Assembly: GCA_023423285.1 (NCBI GenBank) | Contig: JAFAFV010000214.1 | Location: 53,285 to 117,284 of the forward strand | From: Bacteroidota bacterium | GTDB lineage: Bacteria; Bacteroidota; Bacteroidia; Chitinophagales; Chitinophagaceae | Direction of reading: 5' to 3' | Length of the DNA stretch: 64,000 nucleotides | Shown here: positions 28,899-38,769 of the stretch, piece by piece | Layout: every line of letters starts with the position of its first letter | Numbering within the stretch: the first letter of the stretch is position 1 | Made by a program: the position numbers and the translations under genes | The notes under the pieces: model-generated | What the model saw: the letters and a program-made list of their open reading frames with translations, nothing else | Told to the model about the DNA's origin: nothing | The model's database searches: none

Positions 28899-30404
28899 TC
28901 AATCTGTAACGGCTTTAAAAGCACTTCCAATCATTTCAACAATATTGCTGGCTGTCATGGCTTCCATCGAGTGTAAGCCGGCGGCTAAATCACCTGAGAG
29001 CCCATGTAAGAAAACGCCTGCAATTGACGCATTAGCTGGCTCGTAACCTTGTGCCAACAGACCGGTGATGATACCCGTAAGCACATCCCCGCTGCCACCG
29101 GTAGCCATACCTGCATTGCCGGTAATGTTGAAAAGACCCTCACCAGAAGGCAGGGCAATAAAAGTGTAATGGCCTTTCAACACAATGATGATGTTTAGTT
29201 CCGCAGCTTTTTGCAAGGCGATTTCTCTTTTATGGTAATCGTCACGGCTTTGGCCAAAAAGGCGTTCAAATTCTTTAGGGTGTGGGGTAAGAATGGTATT
29301 ACCGGGTAATTGCCTTAGCAATTCTTTTTTTGCTGAAAGAATGTTTAAAGCATCAGCATCCAAAACCAGTGGCTGCGTGGCATTTGTAAAAAGAGTTTGT
29401 AACAAATAAAATAATTCATCCGAAATACCAATACCCGGCCCCACTCCAATTGCATTGTATTTTGTTAGATCGATAGGCAGTTCTGTAATGGTTTCCTTAT
29501 TGCCATCTATGCTGCACATAGCTTCTGGTACGGCTGTTTGTAATATGTTTACCCCGCTTTTAGGAACATGACAGGTAGTTAGCCCGGCACCACTTTTAAC
29601 ACATGCTTTGGCGCTTAAAACTGCTGCACCCGCTTTGCCGTAACTGCCTGCAATTAATAAAGCATGGCCAAAATTTCCTTTGTGCGAAAAACTTTTGCGT
29701 GGTTTTAAAATAGATGCGCACCGCAGTATGTTCACAAGCTGAAAGCGTGTTTTAATCGTATCTGTAAAATCAGCGTGTAGATTAATATCCAGTATATGCA
29801 CTTGGCCGGCGTACTGCTCGTTCTCCGGCATTAAGAACGCCAGTTTGAGACACTGAAATGTAAGCGTATGGCTTGCTGTTATAACCGCGCAGTTTGCAGA
29901 TGATGCTTCGTTTTTAAGGCCGCTGGGCATGTCAATTGAAATAATAACATTACCGCTATCATTCAAATAATTTACAAGCGCTGCATTCATGCCTTCCAGT
30001 TCCCTGTTAAGACCGGTGCCAAATAAGGCGTCTATTACAATCGCTTCCGATGGAATAACAGGAAAATCTGATGCAGCTTTCAATAAAGTAATGGGAACGG
30101 TTTTTAGCTGATGAAGCTGGTGAAAATTGCTTTGAAAGTCATCACTCCCTATAGCGCCTGTTTCAAGTATAAAAACATGGCAATCTTTACCGGCGCCTTT
30201 CAATAGCCGTGCAATAGCAAGGCCATCGCCGCCATTATTGCCCTTTCCGCAAAAAATAAGAAACTTTTCTGTTAGAACATTCTGCAGCAACCATCGTGTG
30301 CACGCTTTAGAGGCTCTTTCCATCAATTGCAAAGATGAAACAGGTTCATGTTTGATGGTGTATTGATCCCAATCTCTGATTTGAGCAGCGCTTAACAATT
30401 TCAT
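28899..30404 (-). CDS. nnr: Bifunctional NAD(P)H-hydrate epimerase/dehydratase
   Basis: CGKGNNGGDG, DALFGTG, HKGNFG, DADAL, LTPHPKEF and GGSGDVL motifs. Confidence 0.95.
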   Translation of the reverse strand: MKLLSAAQIRDWDQYTIKHEPVSSLQLMERASKACTRWLLQNVLTEKFLIFCGKGNNGGDGLAIARLLKGAGKDCHVFILETGAIGSDDFQSNFHQLHQLKTVPITLLKAASDFPVIPSEAIVIDALFGTGLNRELEGMNAALVNYLNDSGNVIISIDMPSGLKNEASSANCAVITASHTLTFQCLKLAFLMPENEQYAGQVHILDINLHADFTDTIKTRFQLVNILRCASILKPRKSFSHKGNFGHALLIAGSYGKAGAAVLSAKACVKSGAGLTTCHVPKSGVNILQTAVPEAMCSIDGNKETITELPIDLTKYNAIGVGPGIGISDELFYLLQTLFTNATQPLVLDADALNILSAKKELLRQLPGNTILTPHPKEFERLFGQSRDDYHKREIALQKAAELNIIIVLKGHYTFIALPSGEGLFNITGNAGMATGGSGDVLTGIITGLLAQGYEPANASIAGVFLHGLSGDLAAGLHSMEAMTASNIVEMIGSAFKAVTD

Positions 30405-30515
30405 GCAGCAATTTAAAAAATTTATGCCACGTTGCGCGCCAACTTATATAAATCATTTACACAGCTACTATCAAGCCTAAGGCTATGATGATCCATTATT
30501 ATTAAAAGCAAAAAA

Positions 30516-31691
30516 TTATTCCAGGTCTGTAGGCGCATTGTTTTCAGAATAACTACCAAAAATATCGTAGGCATGTTTTGCTGCTTCGTATATTCTGCGG
30601 CTATACCTGTTGCCTAAAATAATAATGACAACTTTCTCATCCGTCAGCCTTGCAAATGCCGGTGTAAAACCATGCCACTTGCCAAAATGGTATATCACAT
30701 TTTTACCGTTTTTAAAATTGAGCATCCGCCAGCCATAGCCATAGTTATGTATGGATGGCTTTTCATTACTCCGGGGTACAAACGATGAATCCAAAGCGGC
30801 TTTGCTTATAAAATTGTTTTGGTACAGCGCGCTGTCCCATTTAAAAAGATCGCGCGGCGTACTGTAAATATTTTTATCTCCGTAGGTATATTCATATTTA
30901 TCGTTTGACCATACAGCTCCGGATGGTTTATATGACATAATTGCCCCGGCGCTGTCGCTTCTTGTATAAACGAAAGTATTCTTCATGCCGAGCGGTTCAA
31001 AAATAGTTTCCTTCATATACTGCGGAAATGATTTACCTGTAACTTTTTCTATGATGAGCGCCAGCAGTACATAGTTGGTATTACAATATTGAAATCTTCT
31101 GCCGGGAATGGCGGTTTTATCAGGTTGGTGCTTTATCAAAAAATCCAAAACATCCTGGTTGGATGGCATCGCCGATTGATCCCATTTTTCTTTATCATCC
31201 ATAAAATAAAGATAATTGGGCAGGCCGCTACGATGGGTAAGCAGGTGCCTTACGGTAATACCAGAATAGGGGAAGCCGGAAAAATAGCTGATGATGTCAT
31301 TGTCAAGGCTGATCTTTCCAGCTTCTACCAGTTTCATAACTGCCACGCCCGTAAAGGGTTTGCTGGTAGATGCCAGGTGAAAACTTGTATGCAGATTGAT
31401 GGTGTCAGACTTTTTTCCAGGATTGGGGTAGCCAATATATGCCTCATAAAGAATGTTGCCTCCTTTTGCCACTAAAATACTGCCATTGAAATTTGTTTTT
31501 AGCAGCATAGAATCAAAATAAGCTGTCAACCTATGTTTGTACGCATTCAGTTCGTTTTCAGGAATAGGTTCTTTATGTACGATTGACTGCTCATCCTGTA
31601 CAGTTATATTTTGAGGTTTAGAATTTGATTTGCATGCGCTAAAGAAAAAAAAAATAAAAGCCAGTGAATAAAAAGTTCGTCTCAACATCAT
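30516..31691 (-). CDS. Serine hydrolase (beta-lactamase/AmpC-like), lipoprotein
   Basis: Lipobox FSAC; SxxK (STSK), LLTHRSGL, YxN (YCN) and HFG motifs. Confidence 0.88.
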   Translation of the reverse strand: MMLRRTFYSLAFIFFFFSACKSNSKPQNITVQDEQSIVHKEPIPENELNAYKHRLTAYFDSMLLKTNFNGSILVAKGGNILYEAYIGYPNPGKKSDTINLHTSFHLASTSKPFTGVAVMKLVEAGKISLDNDIISYFSGFPYSGITVRHLLTHRSGLPNYLYFMDDKEKWDQSAMPSNQDVLDFLIKHQPDKTAIPGRRFQYCNTNYVLLALIIEKVTGKSFPQYMKETIFEPLGMKNTFVYTRSDSAGAIMSYKPSGAVWSNDKYEYTYGDKNIYSTPRDLFKWDSALYQNNFISKAALDSSFVPRSNEKPSIHNYGYGWRMLNFKNGKNVIYHFGKWHGFTPAFARLTDEKVVIIILGNRYSRRIYEAAKHAYDIFGSYSENNAPTDLE

Positions 31692-31811
31692 AAATTTTAG
31701 GTATCGACAAATTTAACCGGGATTTGTAATAATTCACCAATAAAAATTTTATAAAACTGTTAATACTGTGTGTCGTGCTGCAATCGTAATGGTAAGAGGC
31801 AACCATAATGA

Positions 31812-32345
31812 TCAAATTGCTTTCATGTATTTTGTGGCTCGGCTCTTAAATCCTGCTGTAGAATTAGGTAGGCGACTCTCAATAATTGTTTCAATCTCAT
31901 GCCTTATTTCAGGGTAAATTTTTGTGAACTTTTGTAAAATGCCTAAAGCAAAGGCTTGCGCGGCCACGGGTTCGGTGGGGCTTGCAATGCTCTCAACGCA
32001 TACATTCATCACACGGCCATGCAATGATTTGGGTATTTCATCAATCAGGTCAAAGATTCTAAGCACTTGTCTTCTTACAGCAGAATGTTGTTGCGGGTCG
32101 CTCATTTTATTTAATAAATGCTTCAAATGTTTTTGCACAAGACCGGGATGTTGTTCAGCGCAATTACTAAGTGGCCATGCCGCACGCTGCGTGATTTTTC
32201 GATCGTTTTCCAAAAATATTTTTACAAGCGCGTCAAACCTTGCCTGGCTATTACCAACATAGCTCACAATGGTTTGCATCTGGCTTTTACTATGCTCTGT
32301 AACCAGCATATTCTTCAGCGTATGATAAATTTCTTGTGTAACCAT
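31812..32345 (-). CDS. Conserved hypothetical helical (HEAT-like) protein
   Basis: EHSK, QRAAW, AV.R..LR and EPVA patterns; divergent from the GGGP synthase gene; start uncertain. Confidence 0.65.
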   Translation of the reverse strand: MVTQEIYHTLKNMLVTEHSKSQMQTIVSYVGNSQARFDALVKIFLENDRKITQRAAWPLSNCAEQHPGLVQKHLKHLLNKMSDPQQHSAVRRQVLRIFDLIDEIPKSLHGRVMNVCVESIASPTEPVAAQAFALGILQKFTKIYPEIRHEIETIIESRLPNSTAGFKSRATKYMKAI

Positions 32346-32439
32346 GTTTTCGAATGTACTCAAAAGTATTCAGCAATGCAATGATATGCCTCCATTTAAA
32401 AAAGTTTTTGCATTTTTGCACGAAAGCTTTAGCCGCCTG

Positions 32440-33198
32440 ATGGAGATGACAATTTATACATCATTAGTAGAAAAGAAACAAAAGGCACAGAAATCATTTT
32501 CTGTACTGATTGACCCTGACGGCGTGGATACATCCTCACTTGACAATCTGATTGATCTTTGCGTGACTGCAAAAGTTGATTACTTTTTTGTAGGAGGCAG
32601 CCTGGTACTTTCCAATCATCTTAGTGAGGTAATTCAGCAAATCAAGTCAGCCTGTAACATACCCGTAGTATTGTTTCCGGGAAGCCCATCGCAGGTAAGT
32701 CCTTATGCTGACGCGCTTCTATATCTTTCTTTAATCTCTGGCAGAAATCCCGAATTATTGATTGGCCAGCATGTGGTTTCAGCGCCCTTTGTAAAAAGCA
32801 GCGGGCTTGAGATCATTTCTACAGGCTACATTGTTGTGGATGGCGGTGCACCAACCACCGTTTCTTATATAAGTAATGCTGCGCCTTTACCGGCTGATAA
32901 AAGTGATATAGCTGTATGCACAGCCATGGCAGGTGAAATGCTGGGTATGAAACTGATTTACATGGATGCCGGAAGCGGCGCCAAAACGCCCATTACCGAA
33001 ACGATGATTTATGCTGTATCTAAAAATGTGGATATACCCGTGATTGTGGGTGGCGGCATTAAAGACCCCGAAAAAGCTTATCGCAATTGTAAGGCTGGCG
33101 CCGATGTAATTGTGATTGGCAATGCCATTGAAAAAGATGCGTCGCTGATCGCCGAAGTCAGCAGCGCCATTCATTCCTTTCAGCCTGTAAGTTTTTAG
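32440..33198 (+). CDS. Geranylgeranylglyceryl/heptaprenylglyceryl phosphate synthase (PcrB family, group II-like)
   Basis: LIDPD, VGGS, LFPG, SLISGRNP..LIG, YMDAGSGA and VGGGI motifs. Confidence 0.9.
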   Translation: MEMTIYTSLVEKKQKAQKSFSVLIDPDGVDTSSLDNLIDLCVTAKVDYFFVGGSLVLSNHLSEVIQQIKSACNIPVVLFPGSPSQVSPYADALLYLSLISGRNPELLIGQHVVSAPFVKSSGLEIISTGYIVVDGGAPTTVSYISNAAPLPADKSDIAVCTAMAGEMLGMKLIYMDAGSGAKTPITETMIYAVSKNVDIPVIVGGGIKDPEKAYRNCKAGADVIVIGNAIEKDASLIAEVSSAIHSFQPVSF

Positions 33199-33211
33199 AA
33201 TAACTATCCTG

Positions 33212-33333
33212 TTAACCTGAAATAATACCCGCAGCGCTGATAGATATAGACCTGATGATCTCTGTTATGTTCTCCAGATCCAACGTTTTCACTTCTTCTC
33301 CGGGTTTGTGATAAAAGGTTCGTTGTTCCACTT
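33212..33333 (-). pseudogene. C-terminal remnant resembling an M28 family peptidase
   Basis: The - strand reads NNEPF/YHKPGEEVKTLDLENITEIIRSISISAAGIISG*, similar to the YH..SDE..TLD..N C-terminus of M28 peptidases. Confidence 0.5.
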
Positions 33334-33458
33334 AAAGAGGACTAAAAATTATCAATGGTAAAAACGCTATACAAGTGGGCGCTTTTGCAGTGCAATAACC
33401 AGAAATTTGGTTCACTTATTGATATAGGGTGCATGGTTGGCAGTTACCCCTAAAAAAC

Positions 33459-33466
33459 TATCTTTG
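33459..33466 (+). promoter_or_regulatory. -7 promoter element for dxs
   Basis: TATCTTTG 19 nt before GTG 33486. Confidence 0.6.
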
Positions 33467-33485
33467 TACGATAATTTTAAAGCAA

Positions 33486-35420
33486 GTGATTACACCCGGC
33501 CCGTTATTACAATTGGTTAATTCGCCCGAAGATTTGAAAAAACTTCCGGTAGAAAAGTTGCATGAATTTTGCGAAGAGCTCAGACATTATATCATAGATG
33601 TAGTAAGCGTTCATGGTGGCCATTTTGGCGCCAGCCTGGGCGTGGTAGAACTTACCACGGCTTTGCATTATGTGTATAACACTCCTTATGATCAGTTGGT
33701 CTGGGACGTTGGTCATCAGGCTTACGGCCATAAGATCATTACAGGCAGGAGAGATTCCTTCATCACCAATCGTAAATACAAGGGCATCAGTGGTTTTCCA
33801 AAGCGCACTGAAAGTGAATATGATACATTTGGTGTGGGCCATTCTTCCACATCTATTTCAGCGGCTTTAGGTATGGCCATCGCAGCAAAATACAAAGGTG
33901 AGCACGACAAGAAGGTGGTGGCCGTGATCGGCGACGGATCTATGACCGCGGGGATGGCGTTTGAGGCAATGAACCACGCAGGCGTTGCCAACAGCGATAT
34001 TCTCATTATTTTAAACGACAATGGGATTGGCATTGATCCCAATACTGGTGCGCTTAAAGAATATCTTACCGATATCACCACCTCGCCGGCATACAATAAA
34101 TTTAAAGATGATGTGTGGAACCTTATCGGCAAACTACCGGTAGGCAGGCATTTCACCCGTTCCATGGGGCATAAGCTGGCCGAAGGCCTGAAAGGTATGG
34201 TGAGCAGCAGCGCTAATTTTTTTGAGGCATTAAAGATCCGCTATTTTGGCCCGATTGACGGGCACAACATCAGCAAACTGGTAGATACGCTTGCTGATCT
34301 TAAAAATATTCCCGGCCCAAAACTCTTGCACGTGATCACCACAAAAGGCAAAGGTTATGCACTGGCCGAGCAGGATCAAACTAAATGGCATGCGCCCGGG
34401 CTGTTTGATAAGGTGACTGGCGAGATATACAAAAAAGCATTTGAAACACCGCAGCCACCCAAGTATCAGGATGTGTTTGGAAAAACAATCATTGAACTGG
34501 CTGAAAAGAACAATAAGATATTTGGCGTTACCCCGGCTATGCCTTCGGGTTGCAGCCTTAAATACATGATGGCAGAAATGCCCGAAAGAGCTTTTGATGT
34601 AGGCATTTGCGAACAACACGCTGTAACGGTTAGTGCCGGCATGGCTACTCAGGGCATGCGGGTGTTCTGTAATATTTATTCTTCGTTCATGCAGCGGGCA
34701 TACGACCAGGTTGTGCACGATGTAGCCATTCAAAAATTGCCCGTGGTATTTTGCCTTGACAGGGGCGGGCTTGTGGGTGATGACGGCCCCACACACCATG
34801 GCTGTTACGATATTGCTTATTTCCGTTGTATTCCTAATATGGTGATTAGTGCACCAATGAATGAAGTGGAGTTGCGCAACCTGATGTACACCGCGCAACT
34901 GGAAAGCAACCAGTCGCCATTTGTCATCCGCTACCCGCGCGGTGAAGGCGTGATGCCCGACTGGCAAAAGCCTTTCACCGAAATTGAAATTGGCAAAGGC
35001 CGTAAACTAAAAGATGGTTCTGACATTGCCATCCTAAGCTTTGGCCACCCTGGAAACTTTGCAGCTGAAGCTATACGTGACTTGCAAAGAGAAGGTATTG
35101 CTGCCGGTCATTATGATCTGCGCTTTGTAAAACCCCTTGATGAAGCCTTATTGCACGAGGCCTGCACCCAATATAAAAAATTAATTACAGTAGAAGACGG
35201 AACCATTAAGGGCGGGTTTGGCAGCGCAGTGCTGGAGTTTATGGCTACGCATGGTTATAAAAACGAAGTGAAAATACTTGGCATTCCTGATAGAATTGTA
35301 GAGCATGGAACATTGAAGGAATTGCACAGAGAATGCGGATATGACGCTGAAGGAATTGCTAATACTGTTAGAGAAATGCTTGGTGAAAAAATTACCGTAA
35401 AATCTGTTAGCAGATTTTAA
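33486..35420 (+). CDS. dxs: 1-deoxy-D-xylulose-5-phosphate synthase
   Basis: GGHFGASLG, WDVGHQAYGHK, GDGSMTAGMAFEAMN, DRGGLVGDDGPTH and IRYPRG motifs; GTG start inferred. Confidence 0.97.
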   Translation: MITPGPLLQLVNSPEDLKKLPVEKLHEFCEELRHYIIDVVSVHGGHFGASLGVVELTTALHYVYNTPYDQLVWDVGHQAYGHKIITGRRDSFITNRKYKGISGFPKRTESEYDTFGVGHSSTSISAALGMAIAAKYKGEHDKKVVAVIGDGSMTAGMAFEAMNHAGVANSDILIILNDNGIGIDPNTGALKEYLTDITTSPAYNKFKDDVWNLIGKLPVGRHFTRSMGHKLAEGLKGMVSSSANFFEALKIRYFGPIDGHNISKLVDTLADLKNIPGPKLLHVITTKGKGYALAEQDQTKWHAPGLFDKVTGEIYKKAFETPQPPKYQDVFGKTIIELAEKNNKIFGVTPAMPSGCSLKYMMAEMPERAFDVGICEQHAVTVSAGMATQGMRVFCNIYSSFMQRAYDQVVHDVAIQKLPVVFCLDRGGLVGDDGPTHHGCYDIAYFRCIPNMVISAPMNEVELRNLMYTAQLESNQSPFVIRYPRGEGVMPDWQKPFTEIEIGKGRKLKDGSDIAILSFGHPGNFAAEAIRDLQREGIAAGHYDLRFVKPLDEALLHEACTQYKKLITVEDGTIKGGFGSAVLEFMATHGYKNEVKILGIPDRIVEHGTLKELHRECGYDAEGIANTVREMLGEKITVKSVSRF

Positions 35421-35441
35421 TTGTGATGTCAAATTTATACT

Positions 35442-37595
35442 CTATTTGACCTTAAACAACTTTCCGATAGATTTACCTATTTCATCTAATATCTCTACCG
35501 AACCATGAAAGCCCGGGTCGCGGTAGTTGATATTCCTTCTGTTACCAGTATCTAAAATTAATTGTTTGGGATAAACCAGAATAAAACTGTTTTCTTTAAA
35601 ATAATTGTTCAAATAACGCGGTATCTTTTGCATGCCTGCGTTATAGGTAAGTCCTTCTGTACGGCTCATAATAATAATGAGATTGTCATTTTCCGATGCC
35701 TCACGGGAAAATATGAGAAAATCATCCCACTGGTCAAACTCAATAAATTCTGTAGGAACAGGATGCTGATCATTTATCTTTTTTATATATTCAAGTGTTT
35801 CTATGTTACCGTAGAAAATAAGTTTAGAGCCCGTGTTACGTGAAATATTCCACACTTTGATCAGCCAAAAGGGAAAGCCGATTTCTTTCTCAGCATGGGG
35901 CGGTACCAAAATCAAATGTCGTTTGATGGTTGATAATGGTTGTGTGGCCTTATAAATAAGCGTAGTAGTATTGCTGATCTTTAAAATTCCATCTGTCAGG
36001 TTTCCCAAAAAAGCGCGAGATATACCTTTGGTCTGCGACAGGCCCAACACAATATCAGTAATGCCGTTTTCCTTTACAATACCGGTAATGCCGCTTACCG
36101 CGTCCCTGTCATAACGAATAAGGGGCTTCAGGTTAACATCAGCTGAAATAGCCGCGGTGGTGGCTGTTTCAACAATTTTTTTTGCTTTTTTTTCTGAAGC
36201 AAGATTGTCTGAATCTTCAATGACATTTAAAGCAAACAACCCGTCTTTATTATTTTTTGATTTGATAGTGATGCCCAGTTGCACCAGATCGTCTGCTGTT
36301 TCAATATAATTAATGGGGATGAGAATGCGCTCATTAGATGCTGCTTCGTCAGGTTCCACTTCGGAGGCTTCCTGTAAAGCAATATTTCTGGCGCCTTTTT
36401 GTGCCACAATTGAGGCATAAGTACACGATATTAAAATGGTAAGAATGCTGCCATTGAGTACGTGTTCATTTAAAAGCCTGATGGGCTCGCCGGTTACGGT
36501 TTCATCAATAATAATATTATAGCCCACTAAAACCACGGCCAGCGTGGCTGCCGCCTGTGCATAACTGAGGCCAAAAATAAGTCGGCGCTGATCAACGCTG
36601 AGTTTATATGTTTTTTGGGTTGCCCAGGCCGCTAAGAACTTGGCAAGTGTTACCATCGCTGTTAATACAAGGCCTACTTTTATGGTTTCAAAACTGGTCA
36701 AAAAAGCTTTATAATCAATCAGCATTCCTACACTGATCAAAAAGAAAGGTATGAAGTAAGCATTTCCCACAAATTCAATGCGGTTCATAAGGGTAGAGGT
36801 ATGCGGAATCAACTGGTTCATGGCCAGGCCAGCCAAAAATGCTCCTATGATGGCTTCAATGCCTGCCAATTCGGCTAATAATGCACCAAAATACATCATG
36901 ACCAATACAAAGATGTATTGCGATATTTTATCATCAACCCTTTTGAAAAACCAGCGCCCTATAATGGGGAACAAAAAGATAATGGCTGCGCCAAACAATA
37001 TTACCGAAATGCCCATGCGTACCCAAAACATGGTATTCATTTCTCCCTGAGTCATGCCAACGATAACTGCAAGTACCAGCAGCGCCAAGACATCAGTAAT
37101 CACTGTTCCACCCACTGCAATGGTTACGGCTTTGTTTTTAGCTACCCCCATTCTTGAAATAATGGGGTAGGCCAGCAACGTGTGAGATGATATTAAGCTG
37201 GCAATAAGCACAGACGAAATCAGCGAATAATTTAAAAGGTAGCGCGCACCAATAAAGCCCAATATCATAGGTGTTATAAATGTATACATACCAAATACCA
37301 AACTTTTGCTGCTGTTGCGCTTAAAATCAGCCATATCAATTTCAAGGCCTGCTAAAAACATAATGTATAAAAGCCCTGTTGTGCCGGTTACCACTATGCT
37401 GCTGTCGCGCTCCAGTATGTTAAAACCATTAGGCCCTATAAAAGCGCCGGCGATAAGAAGGCCAATGAGGTGTGGTATCCTTATTTTGTTAAGTAATAGC
37501 GGAGCTGCTAAGATGATTACCAATACAATCAAAAGCCTTAGTACCGGGTTGGTTACAGGCAGCGTGGTATCAAAAATGCTTAATAGTTGTAGCAT
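35442..37595 (-). CDS. Cation:proton antiporter (CPA2) with C-terminal USP-like domain
   Basis: About 12 TM segments; FLAGLEID, TVITD, IIGAFLAGL and FIPFFLISVG motifs; soluble RILIPI domain. Confidence 0.88.
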   Translation of the reverse strand: MLQLLSIFDTTLPVTNPVLRLLIVLVIILAAPLLLNKIRIPHLIGLLIAGAFIGPNGFNILERDSSIVVTGTTGLLYIMFLAGLEIDMADFKRNSSKSLVFGMYTFITPMILGFIGARYLLNYSLISSVLIASLISSHTLLAYPIISRMGVAKNKAVTIAVGGTVITDVLALLVLAVIVGMTQGEMNTMFWVRMGISVILFGAAIIFLFPIIGRWFFKRVDDKISQYIFVLVMMYFGALLAELAGIEAIIGAFLAGLAMNQLIPHTSTLMNRIEFVGNAYFIPFFLISVGMLIDYKAFLTSFETIKVGLVLTAMVTLAKFLAAWATQKTYKLSVDQRRLIFGLSYAQAAATLAVVLVGYNIIIDETVTGEPIRLLNEHVLNGSILTILISCTYASIVAQKGARNIALQEASEVEPDEAASNERILIPINYIETADDLVQLGITIKSKNNKDGLFALNVIEDSDNLASEKKAKKIVETATTAAISADVNLKPLIRYDRDAVSGITGIVKENGITDIVLGLSQTKGISRAFLGNLTDGILKISNTTTLIYKATQPLSTIKRHLILVPPHAEKEIGFPFWLIKVWNISRNTGSKLIFYGNIETLEYIKKINDQHPVPTEFIEFDQWDDFLIFSREASENDNLIIIMSRTEGLTYNAGMQKIPRYLNNYFKENSFILVYPKQLILDTGNRRNINYRDPGFHGSVEILDEIGKSIGKLFKVK

Positions 37596-37609
37596 AGAAA
37601 TGTTTTGGA

Positions 37610-38188
37610 TTACTGTTTCTTGTCCATATCCACTGAGTACAGTATTCGGCAGCCGCCGGCCTGAATTACAGTCCTGGTACCTTTCATTTTGTTATTCCTG
37701 ATGTCAGTCAGTTCAATAACCCTTTTTCCGCCGCGAGCAGGGTTTTCTGTTGATACAGAGGCTTTGATAGTATTACCCAAAAAATATGAGCCGGTGTACA
37801 CGCGGTTGATCTGGCCATCGCGTGCTATGGATTTGATGATGAGCGATGAATCCTGCGTGGTTACCTGCCAGGTATCGGTTTGCACATCGCCAATAGCAGA
37901 ACCGGGGCAATTGGTTTCAATGCAAATCATTTTGGCAGTCCAATCGCCATGCAGTTCTGGCGGTAATACCGAAATACTGTCGGCAAAAGAGCTGCTGTCT
38001 CTTCTTGCAATCAGTATTTTTATAGAGTCTTCTTTAAGCTGTAAATCTTTTTCCCAAATCAGCAACTTATGCTCTTTTTGTGTCAGCATTTCTTCTTTTT
38101 GCTGAAGAGCTGCTTCACGCTCTTTATAATTACAACTGATGGATAGACAGCCCAACAGTAAAAAAAACAAAGTTTTAAATAAACTCAT
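37610..38188 (-). CDS. Hypothetical lipoprotein (coiled coil plus beta domain)
   Basis: Lipobox SISC; coiled coil; C..T.C.GSAIGD motif. Confidence 0.7.
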   Translation of the reverse strand: MSLFKTLFFLLLGCLSISCNYKEREAALQQKEEMLTQKEHKLLIWEKDLQLKEDSIKILIARRDSSSFADSISVLPPELHGDWTAKMICIETNCPGSAIGDVQTDTWQVTTQDSSLIIKSIARDGQINRVYTGSYFLGNTIKASVSTENPARGGKRVIELTDIRNNKMKGTRTVIQAGGCRILYSVDMDKKQ

Positions 38189-38381
38189 GTAATGTTGTTT
38201 ATGCTGTGAAAAAAATGATGCAAATGCTTCTACCGTTTTTATAAATTTAATGGAAAAACGTTATATGGTAAGAATATTCCCATAATGTTTTGTTTTGTAT
38301 GAAGGTTCCGGTTAAATTTATAAATTGGCATTCAAATATGCCTAAAACGTTTTGATTAATAAAACAAATAATTGAATAATT

Positions 38382-38765
38382 ATGAAAACGAAATTCTTAT
38401 TACCCATAGCGGCATCAGTTTTTTTACTTTCTTCCTGTGCGCATAAATTGGTTGGCACCTGGAATATTGACAGGTATGAAACCTCTGCCCCCGGGCAACA
38501 GGGTGTGTCACTGAGCAATATTGGCACCATGACGTTTAAAAAGAACGGCAGTGGTGAAAAAAATATTCAGTACAACATTTTCGGGTCGCGTAAAATAGAC
38601 AATTCGCCTTTTGGCTGGCATGCTACAGGCCCTTATGTGGGTATTGAAAGCCCTAATTCAGAGTTTTCAAAAACATGGATCATTACTACCAATAAAAGAA
38701 AAGAACAAAAGTGGAAATCAACTGACGGCGCCAATGGCGTACAAATACTGGAGTTGAGCAAATAG
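38382..38765 (+). CDS. Lipocalin-like lipoprotein
   Basis: Lipobox LSSC followed by LVGTW. Confidence 0.7.
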   Translation: MKTKFLLPIAASVFLLSSCAHKLVGTWNIDRYETSAPGQQGVSLSNIGTMTFKKNGSGEKNIQYNIFGSRKIDNSPFGWHATGPYVGIESPNSEFSKTWIITTNKRKEQKWKSTDGANGVQILELSK

Positions 38766-38769
38766 TTTC

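Noticed and set aside
30516..31691. Calling the serine hydrolase a beta-lactam resistance gene
   Set aside because: SxxK/YxN motifs are shared across a broad esterase/peptidase family, so the substrate cannot be inferred.
32344..32439. Overlapping 5' ends of ORFs 31812-32363 and 32344-33198, and long N-terminal extensions of trxB, folB, nhaA, dxs, GH32 and yciI in the ORF track
   Set aside because: Artefacts of choosing the first possible start codon. Downstream starts fit family N-termini and promoter positions.
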